The notes under the pieces are model-generated. The model was not told where the DNA came from and did not search any database. It saw only the letters and a list, made by a program, of their open reading frames with translations. 34,290 bases of DNA from an uncultured Terracidiphilus sp. (GTDB lineage Bacteria; Acidobacteriota; Terriglobia; Terriglobales; Acidobacteriaceae), in the NCBI GenBank assembly GCA_964481595.1, contig CAYZVG010000001.1, positions 1 to 34,290 on the forward strand, written 5' to 3'. Shown here one piece after another: positions 26,988-34,290 of this stretch. A program made the translations under genes and the position numbers. Each line of letters begins with the position of its first letter. Within the stretch, counting starts at the first letter, position 1.

Positions 26988-27461
26988 CTACGCTGACCAG
27001 CCGCCGTACCGGCTTTCAGAGAAAGTCGTCGCATAAGCCGAAGTATTCGTCATGGCCGCAGTTTGGCTAGATCCCAGATCGTTAGCCGGTTCAAGGCCGG
27101 GCATATTGGCCTTTTGCCAGGATTCCCGGATCTCCAGCACGGCAGCCATTTGGCGTTCTAGCGCCTCGGCCGATTGCTTCTTTTGTGCCTCAATCAAGTC
27201 GCGCCGGATTGACGAGTAGAAGGCCGCCAATTGTTGAGCCAGTTCCCCGCCAGGCCCTTCGGCAACGCAGTGCTCGAGATATCCGATCACTTGGAGTGCA
27301 TGCTTGATCTCGTGGCAACGTTTCTCAATGTCGCCGCTCTGCTGGGCGGCCGCAGCCCGCCGCAGGTCGCCCGCGAGTGTTTCGTAAAGAGCAATGAGAA
27401 GGCCATAGCCGCCTCCATTTGCCGCCGCCATCGTCCGATATGCAATGTCTGTGCGATTCAT
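26988..27461 (-). CDS. fliS: Flagellin chaperone FliS
   Basis: AY near the N-terminus, LLIALYE, GGELAQQLAAFY, LEIRESW; downstream of fliD. Confidence 0.93.
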   Translation of the reverse strand: MNRTDIAYRTMAAANGGGYGLLIALYETLAGDLRRAAAAQQSGDIEKRCHEIKHALQVIGYLEHCVAEGPGGELAQQLAAFYSSIRRDLIEAQKKQSAEALERQMAAVLEIRESWQKANMPGLEPANDLGSSQTAAMTNTSAYATTFSESRYGGWSA

Positions 27462-27547
27462 CTCTTCCGCCGCTTAAACTTCGCCCGATCAAAGAACCTG
27501 TGTCATGCGGAACGGCGTTTGCCACACCGCGAAGGTATCCGAGCCTT

Positions 27548-27577
27548 TCGCATCCCCATCACTTGTAGGGGATGCGA
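27548..27577. repeat. Inverted repeat between fliD and fliS
   Basis: TCGCATCCCC-N10-GGGGATGCGA; no U-tract on the coding (minus) strand. Confidence 0.7.
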
Positions 27578-27597
27578 GGGTCCTATTCGTATGCTTC

Positions 27598-28998
27598 TTA
27601 GCCGTTCGAGGAATTGTACCCAAGTTCTTGCTGGATCTGTTTCATCTCTGTCGGCAATTGCTGCAACGCGATCTCTGCTTTGCTGTACTCGCTCTGTAAC
27701 TGGGCCTTGAGCGGCGTAATCACGTTGTTCTGGAAGTTAGTAACATCCGTTTGCAGCGTGGAGTATTCAGTGCTGATGCTCTGCAGATCGATCGTAAATG
27801 CGCCATTTGCCGGGTTGGTAAAATTACTCAGTTGTTGATCCAGTGAATTGGCAAAGCCATTCAGCGCCGACCCTTGAAAGAAATTCTGCACATCGCTGAA
27901 GTTATTCTGTAACGCGCTGCTTAGCGCCGAACTATCAACACTTAGAGTTCCATCGCTGTTTACCGAGACGCCATAGGAAGCAAGGCTAGAGATCTTTCCC
28001 GTAGCGTTGGTCGCGGTATAACTTAGAGCGCCTTCCAGCTCCGATTGCAGGTTACGCATGTTCGGATCGGTGGCAAGAGCACCCTGGCCCGATCCAGAGT
28101 CGCTAAACTGCGCGTTCACGGCCGTGATGATCGCGTTGTAGTCGGTGACAAACTGATTGATCGCTGTCGATGCCTGCGACGTGTCGGGACTGACTCCCAG
28201 GCTCACTTGTGTGCCTGGGACCGCGCTCAACAGGTTCAACGTCAAGCCGGGTACGGCATTGGTCACCGTATTGGTGGCACTCTGTATCGCAATCCCATCC
28301 ACCGTCAACGAAGCATTGACGCCGGCTGATTGGGTGAATCCAAAAGAAGCTAGCTGCGGAGAAGTAACGGAGAAGTTGGCAGCACTGCCCGATGTGTTGG
28401 CAACAATGGCCAAACGTGCGCCAGTGGCGTCTGTCACCACGCTTGCAGTCACGCCAAGGTTATCGCCGTTGATCGAGTTTGCCACGTCGGTGAGGGTAGT
28501 GGTTCCATCGGTCGTTACCGTCGCCGTACCGGTGCCTGTGGTGAGGGTAATGCTTCCCGCAGGCAGAGCTGTAGTGGCGTTGGCAAATACGCCCGAGGTC
28601 CACGTGTCGGTGGTCGCCAGGCTGTTGACAACTACAACATGGTTTCCCAAGGTCGCACCGGAAGAGGCGGAGGCGGTGACAATGTTGGAGTTGGACGAAG
28701 TCACAGTCCGTGCAGATAGCGGCCCTGTCAGGCTGTTCAGCGACTGCATATCCGTGTCGAGACTCGTGGCGTCCGTCTGGAGCTGCTGCAGTGCGGTCGT
28801 TTGGCTTTGCAGTGTGCTTTCCTCGGTCAGCCAGGACTGCTCCGGAGCCTCTGCGGCTGTAACGCCGGCATTCACTGCAGCGGTCACGTCGATTCCAGAC
28901 GAGCTCGCCCCAAAGGCTGCTTCCAGAATGGAGCTTAGATCGAGTGTGGAGGATGAGGAGGACGAAAGAAGCGAATTGAGGGCGGAGGTTGAACTCAT
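27598..28998 (-). CDS. fliD: Flagellar filament cap FliD
   Basis: SGID, VNSLA, NASLTVDGIAIQSATNTVTNAVPGLTLNL, INQFVTDYN, SLASYGV....DGTLSVD. Confidence 0.95.
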   Translation of the reverse strand: MSSTSALNSLLSSSSSSTLDLSSILEAAFGASSSGIDVTAAVNAGVTAAEAPEQSWLTEESTLQSQTTALQQLQTDATSLDTDMQSLNSLTGPLSARTVTSSNSNIVTASASSGATLGNHVVVVNSLATTDTWTSGVFANATTALPAGSITLTTGTGTATVTTDGTTTLTDVANSINGDNLGVTASVVTDATGARLAIVANTSGSAANFSVTSPQLASFGFTQSAGVNASLTVDGIAIQSATNTVTNAVPGLTLNLLSAVPGTQVSLGVSPDTSQASTAINQFVTDYNAIITAVNAQFSDSGSGQGALATDPNMRNLQSELEGALSYTATNATGKISSLASYGVSVNSDGTLSVDSSALSSALQNNFSDVQNFFQGSALNGFANSLDQQLSNFTNPANGAFTIDLQSISTEYSTLQTDVTNFQNNVITPLKAQLQSEYSKAEIALQQLPTEMKQIQQELGYNSSNG

Positions 28999-29068
28999 AG
29001 GGATGCCTTTTCCTGCGGTTCGCCGCGCGATGATCTGCGCCGGGCGTCAGCATTCTGGCCGCACAGTA

Positions 29069-29096
29069 TTATCGGCAGTTTGCTGTAGGAATTTCA
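29069..29096 (-). promoter_or_regulatory. Sigma-28 promoter for fliD-fliS
   Basis: Minus strand TGAA-N16-GCCGATAA. Confidence 0.8.
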
Positions 29097-29107
29097 GGCG
29101 CTATGAC

Positions 29108-29140
29108 AAAAAGCAGCGGCGCTCATGAGAGCGCCGCCGC
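29108..29140 (-). terminator. Intrinsic terminator after fliC
   Basis: 9-bp stem GCGGCGCTC/GAGCGCCGC with a 4-nt loop, followed on the minus strand by TGCTTTTT. Confidence 0.85.
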
Positions 29141-29165
29141 AGGGGGTGAGTTCGGTTGTTGGAGT

Positions 29166-29984
29166 CTACTGCAGGAGCTTCAGCACGTTCTGCGCAGCCG
29201 CGTTCGACTGTTGCAGAGCTGCCATGCCGGTCTGTTCCAGAACGTTGTACTGCGTCATCTGCGCAACCGTCTGGCCGATATCGGCATTCTGGATATCGTT
29301 TTGGGCGCTGGTCAGGTTCGAGACTTCAGTGTTCGCAACGCTGGTGTCGGCATTCAGCTGGTTGACCGAGGCGCCGATTGTTCCGCGAGTTGCCGCAACC
29401 GTGCTGATTGCGCTCATGATGGTGGTGAGGGCCGCCTGCGCGCCGCTGGCTGAAGTAAGCGAACCCGTCAGACCTAGTCCCCCCGTCCCCGAGGCGCTCA
29501 GAGCGCCAATAGAGGTTGAGGTTGTCGTGCCGCTCGTACCGTCAGTGGTGTACACGTTCTGAGCAGAGGAGCTGAACACTGCAACGCCATTGAAGTTGGT
29601 GGTCGAGCCAATCTGGGTGATCTCGTTCTTGATCGAGGTGAACTCGGCGTCTGCAGCGGACAACTGAGCGGTGGTCAGGCCGCCGTTTGACGCTTCAGTC
29701 GCGATCGTGACTGCCTGGTTCAACAGCGTCGTCACCTGAGACAACGCGCCGTCGGCGGTTTGCAGCAGGCCGATACCGTCTGTTGCATTCTGGCTGGACT
29801 GCGTGAGAGCAGAGATGTTTGCGCCCAATCCGTTGGCGACTGACAGAGCCGCGGGATCGGATGCTCCCGAGGTCAGCTTCATGCCGGTGGACAGTTCGGT
29901 GAGGGTGTTCTGCAGGCTGGCCTGCGTTGAGCTAAGGGCATTCTCCGCGGTCAGGGAGGCGACATTGTTAATTACACTGATCAT
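29166..29984 (-). CDS. fliC: Flagellin (short, D0/D1 only)
   Basis: INNVASL.A, LSTG, NATDGIGLLQTADGAL, TNFNG, C-terminal QNVLKLLQ; RBS AAGGAG. Confidence 0.97.
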   Translation of the reverse strand: MISVINNVASLTAENALSSTQASLQNTLTELSTGMKLTSGASDPAALSVANGLGANISALTQSSQNATDGIGLLQTADGALSQVTTLLNQAVTIATEASNGGLTTAQLSAADAEFTSIKNEITQIGSTTNFNGVAVFSSSAQNVYTTDGTSGTTTSTSIGALSASGTGGLGLTGSLTSASGAQAALTTIMSAISTVAATRGTIGASVNQLNADTSVANTEVSNLTSAQNDIQNADIGQTVAQMTQYNVLEQTGMAALQQSNAAAQNVLKLLQ

Positions 29985-30085
29985 TTCTTATTGCTCCTTA
30001 TATCGAATTCCGCCTGCACCGAACCAGTTCCGCGCTTGGGGTCCAGATTCGCTACTTGGAGCAGGTGGTGGGCGTTACGCGTTTT

Positions 30086-30113
30086 CTATCGGCTCATGCG
30101 TTTGCAGATTCTA
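30086..30113 (-). promoter_or_regulatory. Sigma-28 promoter for fliC
   Basis: Minus strand TAGA-N16-GCCGATAG, ~100 bp before the start codon. Confidence 0.8.
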
Positions 30114-30765
30114 GATCGTCAAGAAAATTTTTCACCGAGTGCGCTTCTTAAGTGACAAGCAGACTCGCAAAATCAATCTGCGTAGTGGACGTTCGAGATG
30201 TATGGAAAGCGAACCGGCAGGCAGGAATCTCTCTCACTTACCTTTCTGACTATGAACTCTATCTCGCTCTATTCTCGGTTGCGATATGTGTGTGGCGATT
30301 TCGATGATTGAGCCTTGTCTTCTGCACAGAGTTATCCGCATAGTTATGGATAGCTATGGAAATAGATCGTTGCCGACGCTATGCCACGTTGCGCATTCAA
30401 GGCCGATCATGCGTCATTACAGAAGAGATAATGTGAATGCCAGTCTCTTTCTTTCCCAGATTGGCAACGGCGAGGATCGCGAGTACCTTGGTAATCAAGG
30501 CACATCCAGGCGCGGATCCAGGTTCGGAGTATCGCAATTAAAATCAGACAGTTCATGCCGTTTCCATGACAGGAAAGTGGTACGGCGCCGACCGTGCAAG
30601 TGTTATTGTTCATCCCCGGCCATCCAATTACGATTCCCGTTAAGGACATTTGTCCGCTATTTTGCAAGTTCTTCTCAATGCGTTGCGGCCAGTTAAGGCT
30701 TAATAATCTTAGAGATGACCGTAGATGCAAATCGGGATCAACAGCGGAAGGTTCTGGGGTGAAAA

Positions 30766-32805
30766 ATGAGTGATCGTGGACCGCTGTACGACCAGGGTGA
30801 AACGCCTGAAGATGTAGCAACTCTTTATTCGTGGGCTAATCTGCACGGCGCCAAGTACAGAGACTTCTCCGAGTCGCGGGCTCATACGCGCGAGCAGGCA
30901 CGTTTGCGCATGCAGCAGGCCATTGAAGCGGAACAGGCCCGTGCGCAGCAACTGGCGCAGGTTGAGCGTGTTGCCGAGACCCAGCGCATGAGCGAAGATG
31001 CCGGACTCGAGGAAGAGGCGAAACACGCCGAATGGATGTCACGGCAGGCCGCAGAGGAAGCGGCGCACAAGGCAGAAGAACAGGCCGCACGCGAGGTTGC
31101 GGAAAAGGCAGCAATCGAGGCCGCCCGCCAAGCCGAAGAGAGAGCCGCCCGCGAAGCCGTCCGCCGGGCTGAGGAATTAGCAGCACAGGAGACAGCAAGA
31201 CTTGCCGCGGAAGAAGCCGCACGCAAGGCGGAGGAACAAGCTGCCCGCGAGGCTGCGGAAAAGGCAGCAATCGAGGCTGCCCGCCAGGCCGACGAGAGAG
31301 CCGCCCGCGAAGCCGCAAGACTGGCCGCGGAAGAAGCCGCTCGCAAAGCGGAAGAGCTGGCCGCACGGCAGGCCGCAGAGCAGGCAGCAATCGAAGCCGC
31401 CTTCCAGGCAGCGGAGAAAGCCGCCCAGGAAAAGGCAGCTCAGGAATTTGCGAAGCAGGAAGCTGCAAGATTGGCTGCAGAAAAAGCAGCGCAGGAGGCT
31501 GCAAGGCTGGCCGCGGAAGAGACGGCTCGCAAAGCGGCAGAGCAAGCCGCGCGCGAGGCAGCCGAGAAAGCCGCACGGGAAGATGCCGCGCATCTGCGCG
31601 AGACAGAGCGGATCCCGGAACCTGCCTTCACCACGCAGTACGCAGATTTGAAGCAGCCTTCGGTAGAGCCATTTGCCGCCTTGTCACCGTCTGAACTTGC
31701 GGAAAAGGTTGCGGCGAGTTTGCCGTCAAAGCGCGACTACACATCCTACGCGCCGCCGCAGCCGGTGTATCCCACATTTACGCAGCAACAGCCTGCGGCA
31801 GTCCGTGAAGAGCCGGCAGAAACCCGCAGCGCCTGGGGTCCCGCAGATCGGGGCGAACAGGCAAGCCGTCCCGCCTGGTTGACGCCCGAGCGCAACGAAA
31901 CTTCAACACAGCCCGTTGCCGAGCACGCTCCTGAAGATACTCTGCAGGGTTCTCGCGACCGCCTGGCATCGCGTTGGTATGCGCTGCGAGGCATCTTCGA
32001 TGCGGCCGGCGCTCCTCCGGAACCGGTACCCTCTGCGCCGCCGCCGCGCGCGCCCATGCTTGCGGTGTTCTCGCTGGCCGGTGGTGTGGGCAAAACCTGC
32101 CTGGCCGCGACCCTTGGCCGTGCGCTCTCGGCTCGTGGCGAGCGCGTGCTGCTGGTAGATACGGCCGCCTATGGATTGATGCCGTTCTTCTTCGGCGCTC
32201 AAGATCAGCGTCCGGGCGTGTTGCGCACCTTCAGCCCTCCAGGGACGAGCGGCGATGCACCCGTACAACTGCTCACCATCGATCCCGAGTCTTTGACCAC
32301 AGAAAACGCGGCCGAGGAAGTTCTGACTGCGGAGATCGGGAAATACTCGCGCGGTTTGAGCCGCGTGATCGTCGATCTTCCCACCGCCTCTGGAGCAACC
32401 ACACGGCGGATTATCGGAATGTCGCCGCTGGTGGTGGTGCCCATGGTGCCGGACATGAACTCAGTGGTCAGCATCAGCTCGATCGATGCCTTCTTTGAGC
32501 GCAACGCTGCCGGAAACGCCAAACAGTCGCTTCCTTTTTATGTGCTGAATCAGTTCGACGCATCTCTGCCGTTGCACCTGGATATCCGTGAGGTGCTACG
32601 CGAGCAGCTCGGCGATCGACTTTTGCCGATGGTCCTGCGCCGCACTCCTGCCGTGAGCGAGGCTTTAGCCGAAGGCATGACGGTGATGGATTACGCTCCC
32701 AACTCCACCGTCGCCGAGGATTTCGCCACACTTGCCAGTTGGGTTAAGAGCCAGTCGGCACCTGCTACGAGCGTCTATCGCGGGGTTCGCTGGAGCGAAC
32801 GATGA
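30766..32805 (+). CDS. bcsQ: Cellulose synthase operon protein BcsQ/YhjQ (MinD/ParA-like ATPase) with long N-terminal extension
   Basis: C-terminal ~250 aa: SLAGGVGKT, RVLLVD, VIVDLP, YVLNQFD, VSEALAEG.TV.DYAP.S; its stop overlaps the bcsA start. Confidence 0.88.
   Translation: MSDRGPLYDQGETPEDVATLYSWANLHGAKYRDFSESRAHTREQARLRMQQAIEAEQARAQQLAQVERVAETQRMSEDAGLEEEAKHAEWMSRQAAEEAAHKAEEQAAREVAEKAAIEAARQAEERAAREAVRRAEELAAQETARLAAEEAARKAEEQAAREAAEKAAIEAARQADERAAREAARLAAEEAARKAEELAARQAAEQAAIEAAFQAAEKAAQEKAAQEFAKQEAARLAAEKAAQEAARLAAEETARKAAEQAAREAAEKAAREDAAHLRETERIPEPAFTTQYADLKQPSVEPFAALSPSELAEKVAASLPSKRDYTSYAPPQPVYPTFTQQQPAAVREEPAETRSAWGPADRGEQASRPAWLTPERNETSTQPVAEHAPEDTLQGSRDRLASRWYALRGIFDAAGAPPEPVPSAPPPRAPMLAVFSLAGGVGKTCLAATLGRALSARGERVLLVDTAAYGLMPFFFGAQDQRPGVLRTFSPPGTSGDAPVQLLTIDPESLTTENAAEEVLTAEIGKYSRGLSRVIVDLPTASGATTRRIIGMSPLVVVPMVPDMNSVVSISSIDAFFERNAAGNAKQSLPFYVLNQFDASLPLHLDIREVLREQLGDRLLPMVLRRTPAVSEALAEGMTVMDYAPNSTVAEDFATLASWVKSQSAPATSVYRGVRWSER
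31042..31581 (+). repeat. Ala/Glu/Arg/Lys coding repeat array in bcsQ
   Basis: Modules such as RLAAEEAA/RKAEEQAA/REAAEKAA/IEAA; near-identical ~61-bp DNA copies start at 31099 and 31255 (156 bp apart). Confidence 0.9.
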
Positions 32806-34290
32806 CGCCATCGGGCCTTTGGCAGGATATTGGAGCAGGAGAGAACGTCCTTACCAGGATTCTCCGGCTCCTTTTCCTGCTTGCCGCGGCGTTTGCCTTC
32901 TGTTTTCTTGCCATTCTTCCGCTCACCTGGCCCCAGCAGGCAGTCATGGGACTGCTCACGCTGCTGGTGGCGCTGTTTCTGGCGCGCGGTTCCGATTCGT
33001 ATCTGGTCACGCTCACACTGATGATGATGTCCATGTTCTGTACCTTCCGGTATGGATATTGGCGCGTTCTGCAGGTGGTGCGTTTCTTCAAGGATCCGGC
33101 CAGCCATTGGGGCGCGCTCGACGCGTTCTTCATCGGATGCCTGCTGTTTGCCGAGGCCTACGCATTCCTCATCCTGTTTCTCGGCTACTTTCAAACCATC
33201 TGGCCGCTGCGCCGCGCTCCTGTGTCGTTGCCGGAGAATACCGCCGACTGGCCGCACGTCGACGTGCTGATTCCCACCTATAACGAGCCGCTCGACGTAG
33301 TGCGCTTTACCGCGCTGGGCGCTCTCAATATGGATTGGCCGGCCGATAAGCTCCACATTTATCTGCTCGACGACGGCCGGCGGAAGGAGTTCGAGAGGTT
33401 CGCCTTCGAAGCCGGCATCGGCTACAAAATCCGGGAAGACAACAAGCACGCCAAGGCCGGCAACATCAACGCCGCGCTCAAGAGCCTGACCTCGCCGCTG
33501 GTGGCCATCTTCGACTGCGACCACGTGCCGACGCGCAGCTTTCTGCAGATGACGGTGGGCTGGTTCCTGCGCGACCGCAAACTGGCGCTGCTGCAAACCC
33601 CGCATCACTTTTATTCACCTGACCCGTTCGAGCGCAATCTGCAGCAGTTTCACGTCATCCCCAATGAGGGCGAGCTGTTTTACGGCATTGTGCAGGACGG
33701 CAACGATTTCTGGAACGCCTCGTTCTTCTGTGGCTCCTGCGCTGTGCTGCGGCGCGAGGCCCTCGACGAAATTGGCGGCATCGCCGTGGAAACGGTTACT
33801 GAAGACGCGCACACCTCCCTACGCCTGCAGATGAAGGGCTGGAGCACGGCCTACATCAACATTCCGCAGGCGGCGGGCTTGGCCACCGAGCGGCTTTCGG
33901 CGCACGTGGGGCAGCGCATCCGCTGGGCCAGGGGAATGGTCCAGATTCTGCGCACCGACAATCCTCTGTTTGCGCACGGGCTTACGTTTCCGCAGCGTCT
34001 TTGCTACTTCAACGCCATGAGCCACTTTCTCTATGCTATTCCACGGCTCATCTTCCTCACCGCGCCGCTCATTTATCTGCTGCTGAACCACACCAACATT
34101 CCCGGCTACTGGGCGGCGATTCTGGCCTACGCGCTGCCGCACCTTACGCTCTCGAACGTAACCAACTCGAGAATTCAGGGCGAGCACCGGCATTCGTTCT
34201 GGAATGAGATTTACGAGACCGTTCTTTCGCCCTATATTCTGCTGCCCACCATGATGGCGCTCATCAATCCCAAGCTGGGCAAGTTCAACG
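32802..34290 (+). CDS. bcsA: Cellulose synthase catalytic subunit BcsA (truncated by window end)
   Basis: Manual translation from ATG 32802 (missing from the ORF track): TM helices, VDVLIPTYNEP, LLDDG, HAKAGN, FDCDH, QTPH, FFCGS, TED, QRIRW. Confidence 0.97.
   Translation, partial: MTPSGLWQDIGAGENVLTRILRLLFLLAAAFAFCFLAILPLTWPQQAVMGLLTLLVALFLARGSDSYLVTLTLMMMSMFCTFRYGYWRVLQVVRFFKDPASHWGALDAFFIGCLLFAEAYAFLILFLGYFQTIWPLRRAPVSLPENTADWPHVDVLIPTYNEPLDVVRFTALGALNMDWPADKLHIYLLDDGRRKEFERFAFEAGIGYKIREDNKHAKAGNINAALKSLTSPLVAIFDCDHVPTRSFLQMTVGWFLRDRKLALLQTPHHFYSPDPFERNLQQFHVIPNEGELFYGIVQDGNDFWNASFFCGSCAVLRREALDEIGGIAVETVTEDAHTSLRLQMKGWSTAYINIPQAAGLATERLSAHVGQRIRWARGMVQILRTDNPLFAHGLTFPQRLCYFNAMSHFLYAIPRLIFLTAPLIYLLLNHTNIPGYWAAILAYALPHLTLSNVTNSRIQGEHRHSFWNEIYETVLSPYILLPTMMALINPKLGKFN

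Noticed and set aside
28157-29128. 323-aa plus-strand ORF antisense to fliD
   Set aside because: Shadow frame of a T/S/A-rich gene; no motifs and no RBS.
30286-30820. Overlapping 136-aa (+) and 137-aa (-) ORFs in the fliC-bcsQ spacer
   Set aside because: Atypical composition, no clear RBS and no family motifs; the region looks regulatory.
31042-31581. TolA/IF2-like call for the EAAR repeats
   Set aside because: Only compositional similarity; no TM anchor or GTPase domain, and the repeats are in frame with BcsQ.

Overview
The window holds a nearly complete flagellar gene cluster followed by the start of a cellulose synthase operon. Gene order and protein style suggest Acidobacteriota (Terriglobia); this is inference, not a database result. 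Plus strand: 3' end of fliE, fliF-G-H-I-J, terminator, fliK-flgD-flgE, short fliN-like gene, fliO-P-Q-R, flhB-flhA-fliA-fliM, long fliN/fliY-like gene, terminator, stand-alone HDOD gene, flgF-G-A-H-I-J-M-N-K-L. Minus strand: fliC, fliD, fliS. After a ~780 bp divergent intergenic region come a long BcsQ (BcsR-like N-terminus plus a charged repeat helix) and bcsA, which is cut by the window end. No motAB, fliL, flhF/flhG, che, fliW/csrA, mobile element, tRNA/rRNA or CRISPR is visible. The gene content is known biology and I cannot claim a wholly new system. The most interesting details are: a readable two-tier promoter hierarchy (sigma-54-like sites with ftr-like palindromes, and four sigma-28 sites, one in front of the HDOD gene); a 14-codon ORF bridging flhA and fliA where flhF/flhG often sit; a FliM without the CheY-binding peptide; extreme Arg/Lys depletion of the external axial proteins; a possible two-state RNA leader on fliC; and a split-BcsR/BcsQ fusion with a long spacer.
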